A stretch of DNA of 64,000 nt, taken from NCBI GenBank assembly GCA_963807725.1, contig CAWECL010000006.1, forward strand, positions 81,435-145,434, in the 5' to 3' direction. Shown here one piece after another: positions 49,641-58,833 of the stretch. This stretch comes from an uncultured Acidobacteriaceae bacterium. GTDB taxonomy: Bacteria; Acidobacteriota; Terriglobia; Terriglobales; Acidobacteriaceae. Within the stretch, counting starts at the first letter, position 1; each line of letters opens with the position of its first letter. A program made the position numbers and the translations under genes. Below the pieces are notes generated by a model. The model was given only the letters and a program-made list of their open reading frames with translations. It ran no database searches and had not been told where the DNA came from.

Positions 49641-50621
49641 TCAAAAAGTAAGAAGCACTTGTTTCGGTGTCGATCCGCCGTAGCCGCATTGCGGAGTCAA
49701 TCCACCGGAGGCATTCGTTATTTTCCAGTTCGGAGCGGCGATCTGATCGAAGTTCTTATTGAAGAGCCCGATCTCGTTGAACGAAATTGCGTTGCTGCCA
49801 GGGTATCCTCCGTTCGAGGGATAGTCGCTGCATTGCGCGATGTTGTAGACCTCCAGCGCACCCGCAAATGCCCAATTAAAGGTCTGCCCGAAATTTGAGG
49901 TGTTGATCAGCTCAGAGAAACCTCCCGATTGCAAATCCCACGTGACGATGTCCCACGACGAGCAGGTCTTGACTCCACCACCGCAGGTGTCAAACATATA
50001 GCCAAGGATCGTATCGCCGGAATGAACGGGCTGCGGAGCGGCTTCGTAGACGGTTCCGGTGACGCAGCAATTCCAACTCGCGATACCCCACGCTGAGGCG
50101 TAATCGGAGTTCCATCCCAAAACTGGCTGAATGATCGTCACGACGTCGTTGATGTCCTCCATGCCGGGGAACATAAACACGGTCTGGCCGTCGTTCGAAG
50201 TCGGAGTCGGCGGGACGGTCCATTCGGCATACAAATAGGCGTAGGAGCTACTCGTGGTCACGCCCGCATATTCAATCCAGGAGTGGCCAATCGACGGCTG
50301 CTGCTTATCAGGCTTCTGATCCACAGCTACCTTTAATCCGTCCGCTTCATAATGAGCATAGCTACAAACGTGCGCACCCTCGGAGACTCCATTCGCGTGC
50401 TTAATGAGCTTTTCATCCTGCATTAGCTCATCGCCCTTTGCCAGGTGCGCGATGCAGCTGGGATGGAAGTAGCCGAATGGTGTGATCAGATAATTCGGCG
50501 GAACCGCCGCTGGTCGCCTTGCTCCAGCCGGGACTTGGGCGATGACGAGGCCAGCAGTAAGGGTAGTGAATAAGGCTCCCAGAAACACGTTTCTTATGAT
50601 GGATTTTCCCTGGAACTTCAT
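49641..50621 (-). CDS. Secreted protein resembling glutamic peptidase family G1 (eqolisin) / concanavalin-like fold
   Basis: Has a signal peptide. The blocks SWIEYAGV...YAEWTVPPTP, FMFPGMED...IIQPVLGW, VHSGDTILGYMFD, AGALEVYNI and ISFNEIGLF line up by eye with the scytalidoglutamic peptidase blocks (NWAGAV..GEFTVP, WVGIDGD..ILQTG, EGDSIKV, AEWIVED, VTFTNA). Confidence 0.55.
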   Translation of the reverse strand: MKFQGKSIIRNVFLGALFTTLTAGLVIAQVPAGARRPAAVPPNYLITPFGYFHPSCIAHLAKGDELMQDEKLIKHANGVSEGAHVCSYAHYEADGLKVAVDQKPDKQQPSIGHSWIEYAGVTTSSSYAYLYAEWTVPPTPTSNDGQTVFMFPGMEDINDVVTIIQPVLGWNSDYASAWGIASWNCCVTGTVYEAAPQPVHSGDTILGYMFDTCGGGVKTCSSWDIVTWDLQSGGFSELINTSNFGQTFNWAFAGALEVYNIAQCSDYPSNGGYPGSNAISFNEIGLFNKNFDQIAAPNWKITNASGGLTPQCGYGGSTPKQVLLTF

Positions 50622-50807
50622 TATGAGTCTCCTTTGGCAGGAACTTCTGCCTCGTTCCTATAACGCAGATGCATATTGCGTTAGATCGTCGAGAACGACC
50701 ATGGAGCCAGTCTGAAGTCGTATGAATTGAGCTGAAGAATTCCGCCAAGTGGTCTTGAAGCCAACGTCGTCGTAGAATTCGAGGCGATGTTTTGATTCGG
50801 GGGACCC

Positions 50808-51710
50808 ATGCAGCCAGTTATTCTCGCCGCGTTCTTTGAATTCTCTCGCACCGCATTCTCAATGTCGGCCGCCGGCCTCGCGCTGTTCATCATCGGCCTG
50901 TGGGCCGCGAAAAACGAAATTGGCCAAGCTCGCGGCCTCGACAAGATCGTCGCCCTGACCAACTTATGCTTTGCCGTCCCGTTGGCGGTCTTCGGCGCAG
51001 AACATCTTTCCGCCGGAGAGTTCATGACCGGCATGGTGCCGCAGTACGTGCCGTGGCATTTGTTTTGGATATATTTCGTGGGTTGTGCGCTGATCGCCGC
51101 ATCATTGAGCATCGCCACCAGGATTCAGGTGCAATGGTCCGGCCTGCTGTTCGGGATCATGATGTTCCTCTTTGTGGCGATGATTCATTTCCCGGGAGCA
51201 ATCAAGAGCGGCGCTCGAATCCCATGGACGATTGTTTTCCGCGAGATGTCGTTCGGCGGCGGCGGCTGGGTTCTGGCGGGAATCGCGAGGGGCGGATTGC
51301 GCGGGCAAGGCAGAAGTCTCATCATCGTGGGCCGCGTGCTTATCGCGATCACAGCCATCTTTTTCGGAGTTCAGCACTTTCTGCATCCGCTGGCACTTCC
51401 CGGAGTTCCGCTTGAAAAACAGATGCCCGCCTGGATTCCCGCTCCCGCCTTCGTCGACTATCTCACGGGTGCATTTCTAATCGTCGCTGGCGTGTGCTTT
51501 CTGCTGGCGCGAAAGACGCACGTGGCGGCCACATATCTCGGCGCATGGATCGTGCTCATGGTTGCGGTCATCTACGGCCCAGTCCTCGTCGGCGCACTGG
51601 CGGACCCAAGTACCGCGGTGAAAGTCGAAGGACTCAACTACTTCGCGGACACGCTCCTATTCGGCGGAGTGATTCTGTCGCTTGCCCGAGCCACTACCGA
51701 CTCCGACTGA
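50808..51710 (+). CDS. Polytopic membrane protein (internally duplicated, DoxX-like)
   Basis: It is 300 aa with about 8 TM helices in two similar halves. I recognise no catalytic motif. Confidence 0.5.
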   Translation: MQPVILAAFFEFSRTAFSMSAAGLALFIIGLWAAKNEIGQARGLDKIVALTNLCFAVPLAVFGAEHLSAGEFMTGMVPQYVPWHLFWIYFVGCALIAASLSIATRIQVQWSGLLFGIMMFLFVAMIHFPGAIKSGARIPWTIVFREMSFGGGGWVLAGIARGGLRGQGRSLIIVGRVLIAITAIFFGVQHFLHPLALPGVPLEKQMPAWIPAPAFVDYLTGAFLIVAGVCFLLARKTHVAATYLGAWIVLMVAVIYGPVLVGALADPSTAVKVEGLNYFADTLLFGGVILSLARATTDSD

Positions 51711-51719
51711 GCGTTGCAC

Positions 51720-53057
51720 TCAGTCAGCACAAGCGCGAGCACGCTCCAGAAGCAGCTTGCGTTCCCGCGCGTTGCGCGTCAGCGAAGCGGCGCGTTCGAA
51801 TTCCGCGCGGGCCTCATCCACTCGGCTGAGTTTCTTCAGGAGATCGCCTCGCACACTCGGCAACAGATGATAGTTGGCAATTGAACGTTCCGAAGAAAGC
51901 GCGTCGACTAATGCAAGCCCCGCTGCCGGTCCGAATGCCATCGACACCGCGACTGCGCGATTCAACTCCACGATCGGAGAAGGCGCGATCTGACCAAGCT
52001 CTTCGTAAAGCAACACAATACGCGGCCAGTCCGTTTCCTCCGGCGTCCGGGCTCGAGCATGACAGGCCGCAATCTCAGCCTGCAGCACATACGATCCGCG
52101 GTTCGTCTGCGAATTGTTAACAGCTCGCTTCCTGGGAGGCCGCTCTTGCGAACGCATCTTTTCCGCGCGCACTTTCTCCGATCGCTCCAGCGCCGCGAGT
52201 CCGCGACGAATCAGAAGTTGATCCCACTGGGAACGGTTCTGCTCGAACAGCAGAATCGGTTCTCCCGAAGGGCCAACGCGAGCCCTCGAACGCGATGCCT
52301 GAATCTCCATGAGTGCAACCAGACCATGAACTTCAGGTTCCTGCGGCGCAAGTTCAGCCAGAATACGGCCAAGCCGCAGAGCATCTTCGCACAGCGATGG
52401 ACGCAGCCAATCGTCGCCCGCAGTGGCCGAGTAGCCTTCGTTGAAGACGAGGTAAATAACTTCGAGCACCGATGAAAGGCGAGCCGCCAGCTCAGTCCGA
52501 TGAGGAACTTCAAACGGGACGCGCTTTTCAGCCAATGTTCGCTTGGCTCGCACGATGCGCTGAGCAATAGTGGCTTCAGGGACCAGAAAGGCGCGCGCGA
52601 TTTCCTCGGTCGTCAAGCCTCCGAGCAATCGGAGCGTAAGCGCCACTCGCCCTTCCGTCGGAAGCACCGGATGACAAGCTGTGAACACCAGCCGGAGAAG
52701 GTCATCGCCAACATGATCGTCGAGAGCCGATTCGAAGTCAGGCACGGACATCTCTTTCTCTTCCAGTTCGCGTCCGAGTTCTGCGTGTTTACGTTCCAGC
52801 CGGGTGTTGCGGCGGAAGTGATCGATGGCACGATGTTTGGCTGCAGCCATAAGCCAGGCGCCCGGATTATCCGGAACGCCCGACTTAGGCCACTGCTCCA
52901 TCGCCGCCACCAGAGCGTCCTGCGCGAGGTCTTCCGCGATCCCGATGTCCCGCACAATTCGCATCAGGCCTGCGATAAGCCGAGGAGACTCGATACGCCA
53001 GACCGCATCAATGATGCGATGTACAGGTTGGTCGCGATGTGGATCGGTAGCCGTCAC
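51720..53057 (-). CDS. ECF-type sigma-70 family factor with long C-terminal extension (the type usually linked to YCII genes)
   Basis: Region 2 reads IAEDLAQDALVAAMEQW...AWLMAAAKHRAIDHFRR. Region 4 reads LTTEEIARAFLVPEATIAQRIVRAKRTL. A C-terminal TPR-like extension of about 230 aa follows. Confidence 0.85.
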   Translation of the reverse strand: MTATDPHRDQPVHRIIDAVWRIESPRLIAGLMRIVRDIGIAEDLAQDALVAAMEQWPKSGVPDNPGAWLMAAAKHRAIDHFRRNTRLERKHAELGRELEEKEMSVPDFESALDDHVGDDLLRLVFTACHPVLPTEGRVALTLRLLGGLTTEEIARAFLVPEATIAQRIVRAKRTLAEKRVPFEVPHRTELAARLSSVLEVIYLVFNEGYSATAGDDWLRPSLCEDALRLGRILAELAPQEPEVHGLVALMEIQASRSRARVGPSGEPILLFEQNRSQWDQLLIRRGLAALERSEKVRAEKMRSQERPPRKRAVNNSQTNRGSYVLQAEIAACHARARTPEETDWPRIVLLYEELGQIAPSPIVELNRAVAVSMAFGPAAGLALVDALSSERSIANYHLLPSVRGDLLKKLSRVDEARAEFERAASLTRNARERKLLLERARACAD

Positions 53058-53081
53058 AGCTACCGATCACATCATCTTTAT

Positions 53082-53456
53082 CTACTTCTCGCAAGGGAAG
53101 TCGCCCGGACCAAACATCTGCCGAACTTCGGTTTCGCCTTCCCATCCTGGCCAATGTTTTTTATGCAGTTCCATGAAGCGAACCGCCCCTTGCACCGCTT
53201 CCTCCTTGGAGGCCAATTCGAACTGCGCGAAGCCGCCGATGACTTCCTTGGCTTCGGTGAACGGTCCGTCGGTCACCGTCACCTGCCCGCCGGAGAGCCG
53301 CACTCGCGCCCCTTGCGCCGTATCGGTCAGCCCGCCGTTGCCCAGCATGGTGCCGGCCTGTACTGCCTCTTCCGAAAGCTTCGCAATCGCATCCATCAAC
53401 GGTTTCGGCGGAAACCCCTGTCCCTCTTTGTGTTTAACGATCATCATGTATTTCAT
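53082..53456 (-). CDS. YCII-related (DGPF) domain protein
   Basis: Reads MKYMMIVKHKEG ... VTVTDGPFTEAKEVIGGFAQFE. It lies 24 nt upstream of the sigma factor gene. Confidence 0.85.
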   Translation of the reverse strand: MKYMMIVKHKEGQGFPPKPLMDAIAKLSEEAVQAGTMLGNGGLTDTAQGARVRLSGGQVTVTDGPFTEAKEVIGGFAQFELASKEEAVQGAVRFMELHKKHWPGWEGETEVRQMFGPGDFPCEK

Positions 53457-53587
53457 GGTTGCATCTCCTTTAAGTTTGGTCATGAGCTCACTGTTGGACG
53501 GTGCAGGCCGGCCGGATGTGAGCTCTATCTATACGTCGAACGAAGATCAGGAAAATCGACAAGTAAAAACTTTTTCTCGGGCTGCTT

Positions 53588-54016
53588 TTACCGTTTCTTC
53601 GAGGCTTTTTTCGCGCTTAGCTGCTCTTTATGCTTTTTGACTACCGGATTCGGCTCCAGGCCGAGGTCCGCGATTTCCATGACCTGGCGAATCTCAATCT
53701 CGTACTCGCCTTCATGGCATTTCGGACAGCGTTTGACCCACTCCAGTGCCTCATCCATCGACCTGAGCTGCCAAATCCAGTATCCGGCGATCAGCTCTTT
53801 GGTCTCGGTGAACGGACCATCAGTCACGGTTCGCTTATCGCCCGAGAAGTGTACCCGCTTACCCTTCGAGCTTGCTTGGAGGCCGTCCGCAGCGAGCAGA
53901 ACTCCGGCCTTCACCAATTCTTCGTTGAACTTTCCCATGTCCTCCCACATCTTTTGCTTGGGCATGATACCTGCCTCTGAATCTTTTGTGGCTTTAACGA
54001 TGACCATGAATCGCAT
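53588..54016 (-). CDS. YCII-related (DGPF) domain protein
   Basis: Reads MRFMVIVKATKDSE ... RTVTDGPFTETKELIAGYWIWQ, with a Lys-rich C-tail. I prefer the internal start over the ORF-track start at 54220. Confidence 0.85.
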   Translation of the reverse strand: MRFMVIVKATKDSEAGIMPKQKMWEDMGKFNEELVKAGVLLAADGLQASSKGKRVHFSGDKRTVTDGPFTETKELIAGYWIWQLRSMDEALEWVKRCPKCHEGEYEIEIRQVMEIADLGLEPNPVVKKHKEQLSAKKASKKR

Positions 54017-54128
54017 TGTTATGTCTCCTTTTGAACGTGGGAGGGTCGGCTGCACCGATCTGCTCCTCACCATAACGTCGAACCGCCGCGACTCGGATCG
54101 ACAAATTGTTAATTTTTGTTTATGGAAG

Positions 54129-54446
54129 TCAGTTGCCTTCGTCCGAGCATTTCTGCCCCAACAGGACTGTTCCGGCCATAACGAGCAGCAGCGGCCACGA
54201 TAATACCAACACATGCTCAATCAGACCGTGCAGAAACCGGTGTTGATCGGCCGCGTAGGCCAGCCAAACATGCCATCCGGTAAGGATGACGGTGGGCATG
54301 ATGCCCGGCGTCTCCCCGTGGATGCCACCCAAAGCGTTCAACTGCGTTGCCGCTTGAACCAGATTGGCGTGAAATGCAAAGACGCCGAGTCCGACGAGCA
54401 CCACGCCTGAAATTGATTTGTAACAACTGAACAATTCTTGTCGCAT
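54129..54446 (-). CDS. Small membrane protein (about 3 TM), unknown function
   Basis: The hydrophobic segments are ISGVVLVGLGVFAF, IMPTVILTGWHVWLAY and VLVLSWPLLLVMAGTVLL. The start is uncertain. Confidence 0.4.
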   Translation of the reverse strand: MRQELFSCYKSISGVVLVGLGVFAFHANLVQAATQLNALGGIHGETPGIMPTVILTGWHVWLAYAADQHRFLHGLIEHVLVLSWPLLLVMAGTVLLGQKCSDEGN

Positions 54447-54657
54447 TGCCGTATCCTCTGTCTTCTTTTTCTCTCTATCCATACGACGAGTGGGCAATGA
54501 CGAAATCGACGAAGACCCCAGATTTTTGTCGCGCTGAATCAGGACAAGACGAAGATCTGATACCTGACACTAAGTACCCGACACCTTGCTCCTCCCGCGC
54601 AGGTGTAAAATATTGCTTTGGCAATTCCCGCAATCATCGCTCCCGAAAGGATCGCCC

Positions 54658-56253
54658 ATGGCAACCATGGAAACCCTGCCCAGCCTGCAAATCCGCCTGC
54701 ATCAAGGTGCTTTTAAGAACGAGGCTTTCGAAGACTTCAGCAAAGAACACAACGTACGCAAGATGCGCACAGCCATTGAGAAAGTGCGGGGTCAGCTTGG
54801 CCGCGAGTACGATCTGATCATGGGCGGCAAGCGCAGCAAGACCGCCGACAAGATTCGTTCCATCAATCCCGCCAAGCCGTCGGAAGTAGTCGGTATCCAC
54901 CAGAAAGCGGGCAAAGAACATGTGGATCCCGCCGTGAATGCGGCGTTGAATGCGTTCACGACCTGGAGCCGTACCTCAGTCGAAGAGCGCGCGTCGCTAC
55001 TGTTTCGTGTGGCCGATGTAATGCGCGAGCGCAAGCTGGAATACATGGCCTGGCTGGTTTTTGAAGTCTCGAAGAACTGGGCCGAAGCCGACGCCGACAT
55101 CTCCGAGACCATCGATTTCTGCGAGTACTACGCGCGTGAGGCGTTGCGCTTCGCGAAAGCCGAGCCGTCTGTGCAATTGCCGGGCGAGCGCGATTCTCTG
55201 ATGTACATTCCGCTCGGCGTTGGCGCTGTGATTCCACCGTGGAACTTCGCCTGCGCCATCATGGCCGGTATGACGGTCGCCTCCATCGTCAGCGGCAACA
55301 CGGTTGTGTTGAAGCCATCGAGCGATTCGCCCACCATTGCCGCGAAATTCGTTGAGTTGCTCGAAGAATGCGGCATGCCCGAAGGAGTAGTGAACTTCTG
55401 CCCCGGCGGCGGCGCAAGCTTCGGCGACGCGCTGGTCGCGCATTCGAAGGTCCGCTACATTGCGTTTACAGGCTCGCGTGAAGTGGGATTGCACATCAAC
55501 AAAACCGCCGCGCATCAGCAGCCCGGTCAACTCTGGATCAAGCGCACGGTTCTAGAAATGGGAGGCAAAGACGCGATCATCGTCGATGCCGATGCCGACA
55601 TCGATTCGGCCGTAGAAGGCGTGGCTCAGGCCGCATTCGGCTTCCAGGGTCAGAAGTGTTCAGCCTGTTCGCGCGCTATCGTCGACGACCGCATCTACGA
55701 CAAGTTTCTTGAGAAACTGAAATCCCGCGTGGAGAAAATCACCATAGGCGATCCCACGTTGAACCCAGGTATGGCTGCTGTGATCAACGAAGGATCGATG
55801 AACGACATTCTCCGCTATATCGAGATCGGCAAGAAAGATGGACGCCTGATCACCGGCGGAGCTCGCGATACGAAAGCGGGCGAAGGCTACTTTGTGCAAC
55901 CGACGGTCATCGCCGACATCCCCGCGAAATCGACGCTCGAGCAGGAAGAAATCTTTGGGCCGGTATTGGCAGTGATCAAGTCACGCAACTTCGATCATGC
56001 GCTCGAAATTGCAAACGACACGGAATTCGGATTGACGGGCGCAGTCTATTCAAGTTCGCGCGAAAAACTGGATCGCGCCGTGCGCGAGTTCCACGTAGGC
56101 AATCTCTACCTGAACCGCAAATGTACCGGAGCGATGGTAGGTGCGCACCCCTTCGGTGGCTTCAACATGTCGGGAACCGATTCGAAATCTGGCGGCCCCG
56201 ACTATCTCTACTTGTTCACGCAAGCAAAGAGCGTAGGCGAAAAAATCTCGTAG
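54658..56253 (+). CDS. pruA: L-glutamate gamma-semialdehyde (1-pyrroline-5-carboxylate) dehydrogenase
   Basis: It belongs to the aldehyde dehydrogenase superfamily, with VIPPWNFACAIM, LEMGGKDAIIV and GFQGQKCSACSRA (catalytic Cys). The N-terminus FKNEAFEDFS is typical of RocA/PruA. Confidence 0.9.
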   Translation: MATMETLPSLQIRLHQGAFKNEAFEDFSKEHNVRKMRTAIEKVRGQLGREYDLIMGGKRSKTADKIRSINPAKPSEVVGIHQKAGKEHVDPAVNAALNAFTTWSRTSVEERASLLFRVADVMRERKLEYMAWLVFEVSKNWAEADADISETIDFCEYYAREALRFAKAEPSVQLPGERDSLMYIPLGVGAVIPPWNFACAIMAGMTVASIVSGNTVVLKPSSDSPTIAAKFVELLEECGMPEGVVNFCPGGGASFGDALVAHSKVRYIAFTGSREVGLHINKTAAHQQPGQLWIKRTVLEMGGKDAIIVDADADIDSAVEGVAQAAFGFQGQKCSACSRAIVDDRIYDKFLEKLKSRVEKITIGDPTLNPGMAAVINEGSMNDILRYIEIGKKDGRLITGGARDTKAGEGYFVQPTVIADIPAKSTLEQEEIFGPVLAVIKSRNFDHALEIANDTEFGLTGAVYSSSREKLDRAVREFHVGNLYLNRKCTGAMVGAHPFGGFNMSGTDSKSGGPDYLYLFTQAKSVGEKIS

Positions 56254-56258
56254 AGCCA

Positions 56259-56360
56259 GGTGAGAGGTCAGATTTAAGAGGTTAAAACCAAGGGAACGAC
56301 GGAACCTCTGCAATCTCACCTCTGACCTCTCACCTCTGACCTCTCACCTCTCACCTCACC
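56259..56360. repeat. Inverted repeat plus short tandem repeats between convergent genes
   Basis: GGTGAGAGGTCAGA (56259..56272) is complementary to TCTGACCTCTCACC, which occurs twice within (TCTCACCTCTGACC)x2-(TCTCACC)x2-TCACC at about 56314..56360. Confidence 0.6.
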
Positions 56361-57444
56361 TAGCTTTGCCAGTCAGATACATGTCGGCCACATGGTGCGC
56401 GATAAGATCAGGTTTCGCCTCAGCGAGATTGGTTAGAACAACCACGGTAAGCTGGTCATCCACGTAGCGAGAGATCTGAGTTTCGAAGCCCTGCCATGCA
56501 CCTTCGTGTTCAATGACGCGATGACCTTTCGCAGTTTCTATAAACCAGCCGAAGCCGTAGTGCCCGGAGTTCGGTTGACCATTGCGAAGCTTAGCCACAG
56601 TCCACATTTGCTCGAGGCTGGATCGCTGCAGCAACTTCTCGGTAGAAAGCGCAGCGTCCCATTTGGCGAGGTCGAGAATGGAAAAATACAAGCTGCCGTC
56701 TGCGGTGGTGTTGACCACCGGAGAAACCCATTCCTGATTCTTTAGCTCTCCTTTGACCAACCTGTATCCCGCAGAACGGTTTGGCACAATGTCCGCTTCG
56801 CTGATAATGCGAGTCGTGTTCATGCCCAGGGGCTGAAAGATGTGCTCCTGCAGATAGTCTCCATAGAACTGGCCAGTGACCTTGTGAATCACAATGCCAA
56901 GCGTGAGAAAGCCAAGATTGCTATAGCTCCAGCTGGTGCCCGGCGGAAATGCCAGCGGGATGCCCTCGACAATCTTGATCATCTCCGCCTCGGTGTAATC
57001 CTTCCGCATGTCAAAGCTCTTGGGATAATCACCAAACCCAGCCGTGTGGCTGAGTAATTCGCGAATCGTGACCTCTTTCCACGCAGCAGGAGCATCCGGG
57101 AAATATTTGGTCAGAGGATCGTCCAGGCCGATCTTGCCTTGTTCGACCAACATCATCACGGCGGTCGCCGTGAATTGCTTGCCAACGGATCCAGATTGAA
57201 AAATTGTCTCCGGCGTGACCGGTACCCGCAACTCCACATTCGCAAGCCCGTATCCCTGTGCTCGGATTACCTGCCCAGCCCGCGAAACGAGGAGCGCGAG
57301 TCCGGGAATATGTTGCTTCGCCATTTCCGATCGGACGTAATCGTCGACGGCGTCAGGCTGATCGCCGGCTGAGGCGAGCCCAACCGAGCAGGGAATCATC
57401 AGAATAAGCACTGCCAAGTGTAGGAACTTGATGTTGATCTTCAT
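56356..57444 (-). CDS. Secreted serine hydrolase, class C beta-lactamase / penicillin-binding-protein family
   Basis: Has a signal peptide, the SxxK motif in [12 protein letters not shown], and YSNLGF (the YxN motif). Confidence 0.85.
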   Translation of the reverse strand: MKINIKFLHLAVLILMIPCSVGLASAGDQPDAVDDYVRSEMAKQHIPGLALLVSRAGQVIRAQGYGLANVELRVPVTPETIFQSGSVGKQFTATAVMMLVEQGKIGLDDPLTKYFPDAPAAWKEVTIRELLSHTAGFGDYPKSFDMRKDYTEAEMIKIVEGIPLAFPPGTSWSYSNLGFLTLGIVIHKVTGQFYGDYLQEHIFQPLGMNTTRIISEADIVPNRSAGYRLVKGELKNQEWVSPVVNTTADGSLYFSILDLAKWDAALSTEKLLQRSSLEQMWTVAKLRNGQPNSGHYGFGWFIETAKGHRVIEHEGAWQGFETQISRYVDDQLTVVVLTNLAEAKPDLIAHHVADMYLTGKAR

Positions 57445-57474
57445 AGGTCTCGGACTATGTTATAGTCTCGGGCC

Positions 57475-58023
57475 ATGCTGGCGAACAGGGTAGTGCCGGT
57501 TTGCGCTTTGTTGACGGCCATGCTGACGGCTCCCTGCGCCTTTCCTCAAGCGCCGAATCGCGATGTTCATCGGCAGATCGCGGAGGACGACGACCGTGAA
57601 CCCGCTCCTCATTTCCACGCGAAAACGCTGGAAGGCGAACAGTTCACCAACGATTCAACGAAGGGGAAGGTGATCCTTTTTCAGTTCTGGACCACGTGGT
57701 GTCCATATTGCAAGAGCGAAGAAGCGCTGGTGAATGACCTCACCAAGGAATTCTCCCCAAAAGGTCTGCTGGTTATCGCGGTTGATGTGGGCGAGTCGAA
57801 AAAGGTAGTGCAGCAGTATTTGAAGGACCATCCCCGAAAGTGCCACATAGTCATGACGGGAGATACTAACCTCGCTGCCATGTATGCCGCGAACCGGTAT
57901 CCGATCTACGTGGTAGTCGATCGCGATGGCAAGATTGTCGATACGCAGCGCGGAGCTGGTGGAGAGCGCCGTCTTCGCAGATCATTGTCCGAAGCTGGTC
58001 TGGATTCGGGCGAATCGCAGTAG
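57475..58023 (+). CDS. TlpA/ResA-like periplasmic thiol-disulfide oxidoreductase
   Basis: Has a signal peptide and the thioredoxin-fold CxxC motif in FWTTWCPYCKSE. Confidence 0.85.
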   Translation: MLANRVVPVCALLTAMLTAPCAFPQAPNRDVHRQIAEDDDREPAPHFHAKTLEGEQFTNDSTKGKVILFQFWTTWCPYCKSEEALVNDLTKEFSPKGLLVIAVDVGESKKVVQQYLKDHPRKCHIVMTGDTNLAAMYAANRYPIYVVVDRDGKIVDTQRGAGGERRLRRSLSEAGLDSGESQ

Positions 58024-58069
58024 TCGGACCATGAGCAACGTCATGCCAAAACGCATGCCGAAACGAAGA

Positions 58070-58100
58070 AAGGCCGCCCGCGGGCGGCCTTTTGTTATTT
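58070..58100. terminator. Bidirectional rho-independent terminator
   Basis: Read as AAGGCCGCCCG-CGGGCGGCCTT followed by TTGTTATTT. The opposite strand also has a T-rich flank. It lies between convergent genes. Confidence 0.6.
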
Positions 58101-58113
58101 CGCTGAAAGCAGT

Positions 58114-58794
58114 CTAGTTGCTGGCGCCCGCACTCTGCGCCACCTGCGGCACCGCCGCAGCAGCCGTCGCGGCGGCAGCTTCGTTCAGGATGCGATGGTG
58201 AATGGTGAACAACGCCAGTTCGAGTCGATCCGATACGCCGATCTTGTCGTAAACGTTGCGCAGGTAGTTCTTGATAACCTGCTCAGTCGTGCCGAGTTGG
58301 GTAGCGATCTCTTTGTTCTTGTATCCCTGAACAATAAGGGCGACGATCCGCAGTTCCTTGGCCGTCAAACGGTCACGGACGCGCAGCCCGACCATATCGT
58401 TCTCGGTCAACTCGCTGGGAACGGCCATGTCCTGCACCCAGTTTTCGCCGCGCGCGATCTTGCGCACACAGTCGACCAGCGCCGGACTCGTCACGTTGCG
58501 ATAGACCACGCCATGAGCGCCCGCCGCCATGTAGCGCTGCGCGCTCTCGCCAGTATCGGCGAGAACAACCACGCGTGTCTTGTTCTTGTTGGCAGCGGAA
58601 AGAACGGAGTTGAAGTCGGAGTGGAAACCTCCGGCAATGATGAGCACTGCCGCACGAAATTTGTCGAGCGCCATAAACATCTGCTCGGCAGTTTGCGCTT
58701 GGGCCACAATGCGCATTTCGTCTTCTACGGCCAGCACCTTGGCGATGCCGGCGCGAAAAATTGCCTGATTGTCGGCCAGAATTAGCTTAAGCAT
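58114..58794 (-). CDS. NarL/FixJ (LuxR HTH)-type response regulator with degenerate receiver (no phospho-acceptor Asp)
   Basis: The HTH reads LTAKELRIVALIVQGYKNKEIATQLGTTEQVIKNYLRNVYDKIGVSDRLELALF. In the receiver, the beta3 end reads AAVLIIAGGF where family members have ...D, and the conserved Lys position reads VVYRN. Confidence 0.85.
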   Translation of the reverse strand: MLKLILADNQAIFRAGIAKVLAVEDEMRIVAQAQTAEQMFMALDKFRAAVLIIAGGFHSDFNSVLSAANKNKTRVVVLADTGESAQRYMAAGAHGVVYRNVTSPALVDCVRKIARGENWVQDMAVPSELTENDMVGLRVRDRLTAKELRIVALIVQGYKNKEIATQLGTTEQVIKNYLRNVYDKIGVSDRLELALFTIHHRILNEAAAATAAAAVPQVAQSAGASN

Positions 58795-58833
58795 GGATCG
58801 CTCCCGAATTAAACTTTTGCGCGAACTCTTGCG

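Noticed and set aside
52500-54203. A very long plus-strand ORF (567 aa) spans the sigma factor and both YCII genes.
   Set aside because: It is antisense to three genes with clear family motifs. The translation is Arg/Ser/His/Phe-rich and motif-free, and it crosses their intergenic spacers. It is a typical shadow ORF in GC-rich DNA.
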